Assembly (NCBI GenBank): GCA_022822265.1
Contig: JAJECA010000061.1
Span: 3,711 to 67,710 of the forward strand
DNA length: 64,000 nt
Direction: 5' to 3'
Source: Acidimicrobiia bacterium
GTDB lineage: Bacteria; Actinomycetota; Acidimicrobiia; Acidimicrobiales; Bin134
Below, one piece after another: positions 10,457 through 19,815 of this stretch. The position numbers and the translations under genes are program-made. The notes beneath the pieces are model-generated. The model worked only from the letters and a program-made list of their open reading frames with translations, was not told the origin of the DNA and made no database searches. How positions within the stretch are numbered: the first letter of the stretch is position 1; every line of letters begins with the position of its first letter.

Positions 10457-11353
10457 ATGAGAGTTGCCGTGGCCGGAGCTTCAGGGCTGATTGGATCGGC
10501 AATGGTCCGCCACCTGCGGTCTTCGGGCCACGAAGTGGTTCGGCTGGTGCGCGACCCAAACGACAGGGCCGAGGACGCCCGATACTGGAACCCGGCCACC
10601 GGCGACATAGATGACGATGCCTTCGCCGGCATTGACGGGGTGGTGAATCTGGCCGGTGCCGGCATCGGGGACCGCCGCTGGAGCGAGCGCCGCAAACGCG
10701 AGCTGCGGCTCAGCCGGGTGGACGCCACCGAACTGCTGGTAGAGGCCATGGGCGCGGCATCGACTCCCCCTGCGGTGCTGGTGGCCGGCTCGGCGGTGGG
10801 CTACTACGGGGACCGGGGAGACGAGGTGCTCGACGAGCAGTCCGGACCGGGCACCGGATTCCTGGCCGCCCTGTCCGCCGACTGGGAGGCGGCGGCTACC
10901 GAGGCTGAGGGCGCGGGCATCCGCGTGGCTCTGGCCCGTACCGGGTTAGTGGTGGCCGACAACGCCCCATTTCTTACCCGGATGCTGCCCTTGTTCAAGC
11001 TGGGCCTGGGCGGGCCATTGGGCCGCGGTCAGCAGTGGTGGCCGTGGATCTCGCTGGAGGACGAGGTGAGAGCCCTGGTTTTCTTGCTGGAATCTGGTGT
11101 CTCCGGCCCGGTGAACCTCTGCGCTCCCAACCCGGCTACCAACCGAGAGTTCACCGCCGCCTTGGCCTCGGTGCTGCGCCGCCCCGCGGCCCTGGCTGTT
11201 CCCCGCTTCGGACCCCGGCTGCTGCTCGGCCGCGAGCTGGCCGACGAACTGCTGTTCTCCAGCACCCGAGCCCATCCCGCAGCGCTGGCCGATGCCGGAT
11301 TCGAATTCCGCCACCCCGACCTGCGAGGAACGCTGGAAGAGATTCTGTTCTGA
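10457..11353 (+). CDS. TIGR01777-type NAD-dependent epimerase/dehydratase-family protein (with DUF1731-like C-terminus)
   Basis: MRVAVAGASGLIGSAMVRHL Rossmann N-terminus. Start moved to ATG 10457 within ORF 10385-11353. Confidence 0.75.
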   Translation: MRVAVAGASGLIGSAMVRHLRSSGHEVVRLVRDPNDRAEDARYWNPATGDIDDDAFAGIDGVVNLAGAGIGDRRWSERRKRELRLSRVDATELLVEAMGAASTPPAVLVAGSAVGYYGDRGDEVLDEQSGPGTGFLAALSADWEAAATEAEGAGIRVALARTGLVVADNAPFLTRMLPLFKLGLGGPLGRGQQWWPWISLEDEVRALVFLLESGVSGPVNLCAPNPATNREFTAALASVLRRPAALAVPRFGPRLLLGRELADELLFSSTRAHPAALADAGFEFRHPDLRGTLEEILF

Positions 11354-11373
11354 TCTAAATCAGATCAGAACAG
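11345..11373. terminator. Bidirectional hairpin between convergent genes
   Basis: Perfect 12-bp inverted repeat CTGTTCTGATCT / AGATCAGAACAG with a 5-nt loop. It overlaps both stop codons (11351-11353 and 11365-11367). Confidence 0.5.
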
Positions 11374-11856
11374 CGACTGTTCCTCGATCACGTCCTGGGT
11401 GTCGGCCGCTTCGGTGGCCAAGCGGTCGGCCTCGTCGTTCCAGCGGTTGCCAGCGTGGCCCTTCACCCAGTGAAAGGCGATCGACCGGGCCAGCACCAGC
11501 TCGATCAAAGGCTCCCACAGGTCTCGGTTGGCCACCGGTTTCTTCTGGCTGTTGCGCCATCCCCGGCGGATCCAACCCTCCCACCACCGATCTCGAAAGC
11601 AATTGACCACATAGGTGGAGTCGCTGTGAATCTCCAGCGGCCCGTCGAGCGACCTCACCGCCTCCAATACCGCAGTCAGCTCCATGCGCTGGTTTGTAGT
11701 CTGGGGCTCTCCGCCCGATCCCGACGGCCCATCGGGCACTACCCAACCCCATCCGCCGGGGCCGGGATTTCCCCGGCAGGCGCCGTCTGTATACACCACC
11801 GTGGGGCCCTGGGTCACCGCCTCATGCTGGCACGACGGCTCCAGAATTGAAAGCAT
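11365..11856 (-). CDS. rnhA: Ribonuclease HI
   Basis: VVYTDGACRGNPGPGGWGW and HWVKGHAGNRWNDEADRLA. The true start may be the internal GTG at 11817. Confidence 0.9.
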   Translation of the reverse strand: MLSILEPSCQHEAVTQGPTVVYTDGACRGNPGPGGWGWVVPDGPSGSGGEPQTTNQRMELTAVLEAVRSLDGPLEIHSDSTYVVNCFRDRWWEGWIRRGWRNSQKKPVANRDLWEPLIELVLARSIAFHWVKGHAGNRWNDEADRLATEAADTQDVIEEQSLF

Positions 11857-11862
11857 AAGACC

Positions 11863-14559
11863 GTGGCCGTGAACTTCTCACACCAACTGCCGGACACCGA
11901 TCCCGACGAGACCCGCGAGTGGCTCGACAGCCTCGACGCGGTGGTCAGCGCCTCGGGCGGGCAGCGCGGCCGTTATCTGCTTCGGCGACTCCTCGATCGG
12001 GCCGACGAGCTGGGCACCGGCCTGTCGGGCACGGTGCAGACGCCGTATGTGAATACCATCCCCACCGCCGACCAGCCGTTTTTTCCCGGCGACGAGAACA
12101 TCGAGCGCCGGATCCGAGCCTTCATCCGGTGGAACGCCGCGGTCATGGTGGTGAAGGCCAACAAGCGGGCCGACGGCATCGGCGGCCACCTGTCCACCTT
12201 CGCCTCATCGGCTGCCCTCTATGAGGTGGGGTTCAACCATTTCTTCAAGGGCAAAGAAGACGGACTGCCCGGCGACGCCGTCTACATCCAGGGCCACGCC
12301 GCACCGGGCATCTACGCCCGGGCCTACCTGGAAGACCGCCTCACCGAGGATCAGCTGGACAATTTCCGCATGGAGATCGGCGGCAGCGGGCTGTCCAGCT
12401 ACCCCCATCCCCGGCTCATGCCCGACTTCTGGGAGTACCCCTCGGTATCGATGGGGCTGGGGCCGATCAACTCCATATACCACGCCCGCTTCTACCGCTA
12501 CCTGCACGACCGCCGCATAGAGGACACCAGCGACTCGAAGGTGTGGTGCTTTGTGGGCGACGGGGAGTGCGACGAGCCCGAGACGCTCGGGTCCATCTCG
12601 CTGGCCGGGCGGGCCAAGCTGGGCAACCTAATCTGGGTGGTGAACTGCAACCTCCAGCGCCTCGACGGCCCGGTGCGGGGCAACGGCAAGATCATCCAAG
12701 AGCTGGAGGGCAACTTCCGGGGTTCGGGCTGGAATGTGATCAAGGTGATCTGGGGGTCGCGCTGGGACGAGCTGCTGGCCGCCGACATCGACGGCGTGCT
12801 GCTGGAGAAGATGATGACCACGGTGGACGGCGAATACCAGCGCTATGCCACCGAGACCGGCGCCTATATCCGGGAGAACTTCTTCGGGCCCGATCCCCGG
12901 CTGCGCAAGATGGTGACCCATCTGAGCGATCGCCAGCTTGAGGATCTGCCCCGCGGTGGCCATGACTACCTGAAGCTCTATGCCGCCTACAAGGCCGCGG
13001 TGGAGGCCACCGACCGGCCCACGGTGATCTTGGCCAAAACCATCAAGGGCTGGACGCTGGGCGAGGGGCTGGAGGCCCGCAACGCCACCCACCAGGTGAA
13101 GAAGATGACCACCGCCCAGCTCATGGACCTGCGCTCCCGTCTCCACCTGGAAGAGGAAATCCCGGCCGAGGCGCTCGAAGACGACGCCAACCCGCCGTAC
13201 TACAAGCCCCCGCCCGACTCCCCCGAGCACCAGTACCTGATGGCCCGGCGCAAGGAGCTGGACGGTCCGCTGCCCATTCGGGTGGTGAACATCCGCCGGC
13301 CCATCAAGCTGCCCGACGACAAGCTGTTCACCGACTACGACGAGGGCTCCAGCGGGCGCGAGGTGTCCACCACCATGGTGTTCACCCAGATGCTGCGCAA
13401 CATGATGCGAGACGAGGACTTCGGTGCCCGCGTCGTGCCGATCGTCCCCGACGAGGCCCGCACCTTCGGCATGGACTCGCTGTTCCGAGAATTCAAGATC
13501 TACGCCTCTGAGGGCCAGCTTTACGAACCGGTGGACCATGACCTGCTGTTGTCCTATGCCGAGGGCCAGGACGGCCAGCTCTTGGAGGAGGGCATCACCG
13601 AGGCCGGATCGCTGGCCTCTTGGACGGCGGCGGCCACCAGCTACGCCACCATGGGCGTGCCGATGGTGCCGTTCTACTCGTTCTATTCCATGTTCGGCTT
13701 CCAGAGGGTGGGCGATCTGATCTGGTCGGCGGCCGACTCCCGGGCCCGGGGGTTCTTGATGGGCGCCACCGCGGGGCGCACCACGCTGCTGGGCGAGGGC
13801 TTGCAGCACCAGGACGGCCACAGCCACCTGCTGGCCTCGACCGTGCCGGCCTGCTGCGCCTACGACCCGGCGTTCGCCTACGAGCTGGGGGCCATCGTGC
13901 GCTCGGGGCTCAACCGGATGTACGGCAACGGCGGCGGTGAGGACGTCTTCTATTACATCACCATCTACAACGAGAACTACCGCCAGCCCCGCCGGGCCGA
14001 CTTCATCAGCGACGAGCACATCTTGTCGGGGCTATATCAGTGGAACCACCCGCTGGAAGGCGCCGACCAGCAGGCTTCGATCATCTTCTCAGGCACTGCC
14101 CATCAGGCCGCCCGCGACGCCCAGGCCGAGCTGGCCGAGCGCTACGGCATCGGCGTGGACCTGCTCAGTGCCCCCTCCTTCAAGGCGGCCCGAGAGGAAG
14201 CCCTGGAAGTGGAGCGCTGGAACCGCCTGCATCCCGACGAGGAATCCCGAGTGCCGATGGTGACGCAGCGCTTGGCCGGCGGGCGGGGTCCGGTGGTGGC
14301 GGTCACCGACTACATGACCATGGTTCCCGATCAGATAGCCCGCTGGGTGCCCCGCCGGTTCATCCCTCTGGGGACAGACGGCTTCGGCCGCTCAGACACC
14401 CGCGAGTCGCTGCGCCGATTCTTCGAGACCGACGCCGACAGCGTGACGGCCGCCATCTTGAGCGCCCTGGCCGCCGAAGGCAACCTCGACCCGGCGGTGG
14501 CCAAAGACGCCATTGCCCGCTACGACCTTCTCAACCCCCACTTCGACCCCACCGGCTAA
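11863..14559 (+). CDS. aceE: Pyruvate dehydrogenase E1 component, homodimeric type
   Basis: 898 aa. N-terminal DPDETREWLDSL and the ThDP motif GDGECDEPE. Length and layout are typical of AceE. Confidence 0.95.
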   Translation: MAVNFSHQLPDTDPDETREWLDSLDAVVSASGGQRGRYLLRRLLDRADELGTGLSGTVQTPYVNTIPTADQPFFPGDENIERRIRAFIRWNAAVMVVKANKRADGIGGHLSTFASSAALYEVGFNHFFKGKEDGLPGDAVYIQGHAAPGIYARAYLEDRLTEDQLDNFRMEIGGSGLSSYPHPRLMPDFWEYPSVSMGLGPINSIYHARFYRYLHDRRIEDTSDSKVWCFVGDGECDEPETLGSISLAGRAKLGNLIWVVNCNLQRLDGPVRGNGKIIQELEGNFRGSGWNVIKVIWGSRWDELLAADIDGVLLEKMMTTVDGEYQRYATETGAYIRENFFGPDPRLRKMVTHLSDRQLEDLPRGGHDYLKLYAAYKAAVEATDRPTVILAKTIKGWTLGEGLEARNATHQVKKMTTAQLMDLRSRLHLEEEIPAEALEDDANPPYYKPPPDSPEHQYLMARRKELDGPLPIRVVNIRRPIKLPDDKLFTDYDEGSSGREVSTTMVFTQMLRNMMRDEDFGARVVPIVPDEARTFGMDSLFREFKIYASEGQLYEPVDHDLLLSYAEGQDGQLLEEGITEAGSLASWTAAATSYATMGVPMVPFYSFYSMFGFQRVGDLIWSAADSRARGFLMGATAGRTTLLGEGLQHQDGHSHLLASTVPACCAYDPAFAYELGAIVRSGLNRMYGNGGGEDVFYYITIYNENYRQPRRADFISDEHILSGLYQWNHPLEGADQQASIIFSGTAHQAARDAQAELAERYGIGVDLLSAPSFKAAREEALEVERWNRLHPDEESRVPMVTQRLAGGRGPVVAVTDYMTMVPDQIARWVPRRFIPLGTDGFGRSDTRESLRRFFETDADSVTAAILSALAAEGNLDPAVAKDAIARYDLLNPHFDPTG

Positions 14560-14608
14560 CGGGGACGGCGGGTCAGGCCGGTGAGCGCGAGTTGGCGTTA
14601 GGCCAGCG

Positions 14609-15808
14609 TCAGGCCGGCTGGAGCTGGTTCAACTCGGTGACGTTGTCGAGGAGGATTCTCTTCTTGGTGGCGTCGTCGAAGCCCTTGTCCTTGAGCTCCA
14701 CCAGATAGTCGAGCGGCTGGGGCATGCCCTCGATGTGGGGCCAGTCGCTGCCGAAGATCACCCGGTCGTCCCCCATGTAGTGGACCACCTCGGCCACGTC
14801 GTCCTCCCAGAAGGGGTTGATCCACACGTGCTGGCGGAACAGCTCGGAGGGATCTTCTTTGAACCAACCGATGCTCTTGTGGGTGGCCTGGCCCAGCTTG
14901 CGGAACATGTCGCTCAAGAACTGTGATCCGTTCTCCACCGAGGCGATCCGCAGGTTGGTGAAGCGCTCGAACAGCTTCTCCAGCGACAGGGTGATCAAGT
15001 AGTCGTAGGCGGCCCGCTCGATGTTGTAGGCCTTGATGCTGGGCTTGTACTTGCGTTCCTTGGCCATCCCCGACGACGCAAATCCGTCCACGTCGTAGCC
15101 GTGGGTGGTGTAGCCGCTGTCGCCAGCGTGGACCACCGCGCAGATGCCCGACTCGTTCACCCGGGCCCAGAACGGGTCGAAGTGCTCGTCGGCCGGCGAC
15201 ATGAACCCGTCGGCGGTCCATACCGCGGCTGGGCGCATCACGATGGTGCGGGCACCCTTGTCGATGGCCCATTCCAGCTCCTGGCAGGCCCAGTCCACGT
15301 CGCCCAGGGCGATGTAGGGGGCGGCGAAGATGGTGTCTCGGTAGGCGAAGCCCCACTGCTCGTAGAGCCAGCGGTTGAACCCGCCGAACAGGGCGCACAC
15401 CGCTTCGATGTCCTCTTTGATGAGCTCCTCGTAGAGCACGCCCAGCGTGGGGAACAGCCACACCGACTGGAGCCCCTGCTGGTGGACCTTGTCGACCCGG
15501 GCGTCCCGGTCGTCCACGTAATAGCGGGGCAGCTTCTCCCGCTTGCTCAGCATTTCGGCGGGGTTGCGGCCCTCGGGGTTGCCCCGGAAGTAGTCGTGCA
15601 TGGCGCCGGGCAGGGCGATCGGGTCCCAAGTGGGGTTCACCACCGCGTGGCTGATCTTGCCCCCCACCAGGTGGTACTGGCGGCCGTTCACCTCGGCCCA
15701 TTGCACGCAGCGGGGGTGCATGGCGGGGTCCACGTGGCGGGTGAAGGCGTCCGCCGCCTCGTAGTAATGGTTGTCGCAGTCGAAGGGGATGTAACCGAGA
15801 TCGTCCAC
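14609..15808 (-). CDS. Amidohydrolase-family metal-dependent hydrolase
   Basis: 399 aa with the N-terminal IPFDCDNHYYE motif characteristic of this actinobacterial amidohydrolase_2 subgroup. Confidence 0.8.
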   Translation of the reverse strand: MDDLGYIPFDCDNHYYEAADAFTRHVDPAMHPRCVQWAEVNGRQYHLVGGKISHAVVNPTWDPIALPGAMHDYFRGNPEGRNPAEMLSKREKLPRYYVDDRDARVDKVHQQGLQSVWLFPTLGVLYEELIKEDIEAVCALFGGFNRWLYEQWGFAYRDTIFAAPYIALGDVDWACQELEWAIDKGARTIVMRPAAVWTADGFMSPADEHFDPFWARVNESGICAVVHAGDSGYTTHGYDVDGFASSGMAKERKYKPSIKAYNIERAAYDYLITLSLEKLFERFTNLRIASVENGSQFLSDMFRKLGQATHKSIGWFKEDPSELFRQHVWINPFWEDDVAEVVHYMGDDRVIFGSDWPHIEGMPQPLDYLVELKDKGFDDATKKRILLDNVTELNQLQPA

Positions 15809-15893
15809 GAAACCAGGCTACCGCCGGGTGGTTGGCGGTGCCTTCTTGGACGCCGGGTCCCGGGCTGCTGGCGGGCGCGCTACCGTCGGCCCC

Positions 15894-16715
15894 GTGTCTG
15901 AGACTCATGAATCTGAGCCCGCCATCCTTGCTGAGGACCGGGAGCGGGTCCGCTACATCACTCTGAACCGCACCGAGCGGCGCAACGCCCTGACCATGGC
16001 CCAGCTCGGCCAGCTCTTCGACACTCTGGCCGAGGCCGATGCCGCGGCTGATGTGGGTGCCATCGTGATCCAGGGCACCGGCGAGGCGTTCTGCTCCGGC
16101 ATCGACCTCGACCCCGACGAGATCGACCTGGACTACGACTCCCGGTCCTTCGAGCAGGAGTTGGCCCTGGTGGAGCCGTTCCGGCGGTTCGAGGAGATGT
16201 TGCGACTGCGAACGCCGATCATCGCCTCGGTCCACGGCTATTGCCTGGCGGTGGGCACCGACATCGCCTTCCACGCCGACATGACCGTCTGTGCCGAGGA
16301 TGCCCAGTTCGGCTACCCCATTGTGCGGTCGATGGCCTCGCCCTCCACCCACATGTGGACCTACCTAGCCGGCCCCCAGTGGGCCAAGCGCCTGCTGCTC
16401 ACCGGCGACATGATCGACGGTGCCACCGCGGCCCGAGCCGGTTTTGTGCTGGAGGCAGTGCCCGCCGACGAGTTGGCCGAGCACACCCACGCCCTGGCCC
16501 GCCGGGTGGCCACCGTGCCCAACGACATCTCCGCCGCCAACAAGGCCATCTGCAACAAAGTCCTGGAGCTAATGGGCTACACCGCCGCCCAAGAGGCAGC
16601 CCGCGAGCACAACGTCATCGCCCACCAGTCCCCCGCCGCCCAAGAATTCGGCCACATCATAAGAACCCAAGGCTTCAAAGCCGCCCGAGCCTGGCAAGCC
16701 GAACAATTCGGCTAG
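15894..16715 (+). CDS. Enoyl-CoA hydratase/isomerase-family protein
   Basis: ITLNRTERRNALT crotonase signature. Start set at GTG 15894 within ORF 15828-16715 (uncertain). Confidence 0.8.
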   Translation: MSETHESEPAILAEDRERVRYITLNRTERRNALTMAQLGQLFDTLAEADAAADVGAIVIQGTGEAFCSGIDLDPDEIDLDYDSRSFEQELALVEPFRRFEEMLRLRTPIIASVHGYCLAVGTDIAFHADMTVCAEDAQFGYPIVRSMASPSTHMWTYLAGPQWAKRLLLTGDMIDGATAARAGFVLEAVPADELAEHTHALARRVATVPNDISAANKAICNKVLELMGYTAAQEAAREHNVIAHQSPAAQEFGHIIRTQGFKAARAWQAEQFG

Positions 16716-16836
16716 GGACCGCAGAGCTTGCCCACCATAAGCTGTCGTATCTCATCAACAGCAGGGATCGTCTGTTGGCAATGGAACCGGCTCAAATTAT
16801 CCGTTCATCAGGTTAGCAAAGGAGTTTTTTAGAGCA

Positions 16837-17349
16837 ATGGATGAGGGATTGAGCGATGAGACCCTGAAGATTCGCGAACCGTACGATCCCATGTTTAGGG
16901 CGCTATTTTTGGTCAGTGCCGGGGCCATAATTGTAATAATGGGGTTCGGAGCGGCGGACATCTTGGATTCAACTATTTCCGGTTTGGAACGTATCGGAGT
17001 GGCTGTAGCCATGGTAGCTGGAATCGTTGTATCTTACGGATTGTGGCGGGCTGATTTGGTGCTCAGAGTCGACGGTGAGCGGATTGCTGCGCGAGCATGG
17101 CCGTTTCGTTCGACGGTGGTTTCCATCAATCAAGTTCTCAAAAGTGAAGTCGTCACGATTGATCCGCTGCGGGACTACGGGGGTTGGGGATTGAAGGGAA
17201 ACAGGCGGGACAGGCTCATTGGCGGAGGAGGCACTACCGCCTTGCGGGTTACTTACCTGCATAAGTCGGGCGAGGAGCGCAAACTGACGTTTCTTACCGA
17301 GCGGGCCGATGAAGCCAAACAGCGCATCGCGCCGCAATCCTCACGGTAA
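16837..17349 (+). CDS. Hypothetical membrane protein (two TM helices plus a soluble C-terminal domain)
   Basis: 170-aa ORF in lower-G+C DNA (sampled line 52%). Hydrophobic segments LFLVSAGAIIVIMGF and GVAVAMVAGIVVSYGLW. No family recognised. Confidence 0.5.
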   Translation: MDEGLSDETLKIREPYDPMFRALFLVSAGAIIVIMGFGAADILDSTISGLERIGVAVAMVAGIVVSYGLWRADLVLRVDGERIAARAWPFRSTVVSINQVLKSEVVTIDPLRDYGGWGLKGNRRDRLIGGGGTTALRVTYLHKSGEERKLTFLTERADEAKQRIAPQSSR

Positions 17350-17366
17350 CGCTGATGGTAGTTATA

Positions 17367-17528
17367 CCGGCGCACTCCCCAGCAGCGGATGGCCGACGCC
17401 ATTGCCGAGCTGATCCTCGAACCCGAAAAGGGCAAAGCCCGTGGCACGGCGTTGATGGTGGTGGAATTTGTTGCCCACCATGTCCAATTCTGGTCAGACG
17501 GCGGACCAACCGACTTCGGCAACCTCGC
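17367..17528 (+). pseudogene. Remnant of a DUF222/HNH endonuclease gene (internally deleted, truncated at both ends)
   Basis: 17367-17463 aligns to 21211-21309, and 17464-17528 aligns to 21548-21608 of the intact copy. About 240 bp are missing in between. In-frame reading: ..QQRMADAIAELILEPEKGKARGTALMVVEFVAHHVQFWSDGGPTDFGNLAEQG*. Confidence 0.75.
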
Positions 17529-17552
17529 CGAACAGGGCTGACCCCTATTTCG

Positions 17553-17797
17553 TCAGCCCCTCCTGCCTAACAGCTGATCTAGCGCTTGGTGGAAGTGGAT
17601 TAGGGCTACTTCGTGGCGGCCTACGAGGGTCTCTTTGACCAGGCCGGAGGATAGGGACTGCTGGATCTTGACGGCTTGGGGGAAGTCCTCGCCGGCGCCG
17701 ACTCGTTGGTGCAGATCCAGAGTGCGCTCGTAGTGGGGGCGGGTTTGCTCTGTAACCGGTTCGGGGGTGTACAGGGTCATGATGACGTCGGTGTGGT
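17553..17797 (-). pseudogene. Duplicated 3' fragment of the Rieske oxygenase gene
   Basis: Encodes DVIMTLYTPEPVTEQTRPHYERTLDLHQRVGAGEDFPQAVKIQQSLSSGLVKETLVGRHEVALIHFHQAL, nearly identical to the C-terminus of 22561-23706. No N-terminal Rieske domain is present. Confidence 0.8.
17584..17797. repeat. Direct repeat copy A (214 bp) of 22592-22805
   Basis: Hand alignment gives 15 mismatches and no indels over 214 nt (about 93% identity). Confidence 0.85.
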
Positions 17798-18691
17798 GGC
17801 GGTGGAGATTGTAGTGGTGGACCCAGGTTTGGAGTCGGCGTCGGCGGTCGGGTTCTGATCTGAATTTGTATGCGTATAGGAATTCGTCTGCGAGGGTGCG
17901 GTTGAACCGCTCGGCTTTGCCGTTGGTCTGGGGCCGATACGGCCGGCAGAAGGTGTGGGCGATGGCTTGTCGGGCGAGCTGGGCGGCGAATTTCTTGGAC
18001 CGGAAGTTCGCCCCGTTGTCGGTGATGATCTCGTCCACGGCCACGCCGACGGAGCGGAACCAGATGCGGGCCCGCTCGAAGAACCCGCACAGGGTGTCGG
18101 CGGTCTCGTCGTCGAGGGCCTCGACGTAGGCGAGGCGGCTGTGGTCGTCGATGGCGACGTGCGGGTAGCTGTAGCCGACCCTGGGCCGCCGCCTCGTTCC
18201 CCGGGCGGCAGCGTTGCCCCGGCCGTGGGCCCTCCACCCCCCGCCGGGCGGCACCTTTCCGACCTTCTTCACGTCCAAATGGACCAGATCGCCGGGCTCG
18301 GGGCGCTCGTAGCGCCGTATCACCCGCCCGGTGGGCCGGTCGATCCAGCTGAGCCGGTTTAGCCCGTTGCGCACCAGGATCTTGTGCACCGTCGACGCCG
18401 GCACCCCCAACCGCCCCGCTATGCGGGCCGGACCCACCGCTTTCGGCGGCGCAGCCGGCACACCCGCTCCTCGGTCCTCGCATCGGTGCGGCAAGGCGAC
18501 CGGTGCGGGCGAGACGACCGGTCCAAAAGCCCGGCGGGCCCCTCGGCCTTCCAGCGGCGCCACCACTTGGCCACCGTGGCCCGCGACAGCATCATCTGCG
18601 CGGCCACATGGGCCTGGGGCATCCCCGCCTCGATCCGCTGGACCATCAACAAACGCCCAGCCGGAGTCAAACGTGCATTAGCGTGCGACAT
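17798..18691 (-). mobile_element. IS481-family transposase remnant (frameshifted and 3'-truncated)
   Basis: The HTH part MSHANARLTPAGRLLMVQRIEAG.. (18419-18691) and the DDE part (HVAIDDHSR, ITDNGANF, TNGKAERF) lie in different frames. A -1 shift at the G-run near 18431-18438 restores ..RKRW/GPARIAGRLG. The C-terminus breaks off at YNLHRHHT and joins the Rieske fragment. Confidence 0.8.
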
Positions 18692-18910
18692 CGAGCCTCC
18701 CTTGCTCAGTGCGGTAGTACGCAACCACCACACTGGCATCGGAGGCTCACCCAATAGCGGAGCTACCAGCCCGAGCTAACAACCTCTATGGGCAAAACAC
18801 CTAGAGGCACCCCGTGACACTAACTGGCTCTGTGAGCTTCTTCATGACCACTCTGATGACTGGCCAGGATGCCATCGGGGTTTCATGGAGCGTCTGAACT
18901 TTGCTGCCGA

Positions 18911-19576
18911 CTAGGCAGTTGCCTTTGCGAGGTCGGGATAGCGGCGCAGGGCAGCCCTCAGCTGTGACTCATAGAAGCGTTCACGACCCTCACGAACCGC
19001 CTCATCCCATTTGGGTCTGGCTTCAACGAGATCTTCAGCGATCAGCATCTCGATGATGTCCTCGAGTATGGGCCGGAAGAGAATCCCTCCCCCGTCATGA
19101 ACCAGGCCGCCAATGGGAAAATGCAGGTCACGCAGCTTGTCTCTCTTCCTGCCTCTTGACTTGAAGATCGACCCGTAGGACCTGCCTCCATCTGCATAGA
19201 TGTGGAAATGCGCCAGGGGATACCCGTTGTCGAGCTTTCGCACGTAGTCATAAGCGAAGAGGGTCTTCCGATCTTCTGACTCACCTACCTGGACGGCGTA
19301 ATTCGTCTTCGATGCCATCAGCCAGGTGCCCTCTGTGTCATCAAGGCACAGCTCGTGGGACGCAAATAAGTACAGCTCTGCTTTCTTCTTGCTGGTGGTC
19401 AGGGCGACCAAGTCTGGCTCTAGCGGGTTCCTGTCCGAGAGATTGCGCCCGATGGCATATCGGCCATCGCTGAGCTTGGCGGCGCTGAGCTTTACACCGT
19501 CGGAAATCGTGTTGTTGAGTAGCTTCGACAGGTCTTCGGCGAATTGTTTCGCCTGCTTGTGAAGCGATGGCACCAT
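18911..19576 (-). CDS. Hypothetical protein (221 aa), no family recognised
   Basis: Long ORF in low-G+C DNA. Its ATG lies 1 nt after the stop of the upstream small ORF (TGAcATG). Contains LAHFHIYADGG and LHFPIGGLVHDGGG segments. Confidence 0.6.
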   Translation of the reverse strand: MVPSLHKQAKQFAEDLSKLLNNTISDGVKLSAAKLSDGRYAIGRNLSDRNPLEPDLVALTTSKKKAELYLFASHELCLDDTEGTWLMASKTNYAVQVGESEDRKTLFAYDYVRKLDNGYPLAHFHIYADGGRSYGSIFKSRGRKRDKLRDLHFPIGGLVHDGGGILFRPILEDIIEMLIAEDLVEARPKWDEAVREGRERFYESQLRAALRRYPDLAKATA

Positions 19577-19577
19577 G

Positions 19578-19784
19578 TCAGGGCAGGCAGAACCAGGCGC
19601 GCTTCGCCGCCTCCGTCTTGAACTTGCCCTGTCTCGCCTGCTCCTCTAGTTCTTCTCTGGAGAACCCGCACTTCTCCAACAGCCGCTCCTCGGCTGCCTT
19701 GAGCTGTTCAGGAGACGGGCAATACACACCGTCTTCTACGGCACTGTCCGTATCCTGAAGATCAGAAAGTTGGGTGGCGTCCAT
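19578..19784 (-). CDS. Hypothetical small acidic protein (68 aa from ATG 19784; 75 aa if the GTG at 19805 is used)
   Basis: MDATQLSDLQDTDSAVEDG..EELEEQARQGKFKTEAAKRAWFCLP. Translationally coupled to 18911-19576. Confidence 0.5.
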   Translation of the reverse strand: MDATQLSDLQDTDSAVEDGVYCPSPEQLKAAEERLLEKCGFSREELEEQARQGKFKTEAAKRAWFCLP

Positions 19785-19815
19785 GCACAAGAGTGTAAGC
19801 ACCACAGCGACAATT

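Noticed and set aside
11817-11865. rnhA and aceE start codons only 6 nt apart on opposite strands
   Set aside because: This is most simply explained by over-extension of the rnhA ORF. The conserved RNase HI core begins near the internal GTG at 11817, which gives a normal divergent spacer.
14598-16352. 584-aa minus-strand ORF overlapping the amidohydrolase and enoyl-CoA hydratase genes
   Set aside because: It is an alternative frame or antisense of two recognisable enzymes. The translation is Arg/Pro/Gly-dominated and low in complexity. The same reasoning applies to 12628-14019, 3644-4537, 41817-43004, 59426-60655 and similar long shadow ORFs.
17355-17570. 71-aa plus-strand ORF listed in the track
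   Set aside because: It reads the DUF222/HNH remnant in the wrong frame. The homologous frame is interrupted by the internal deletion, so this is a pseudogene artefact.
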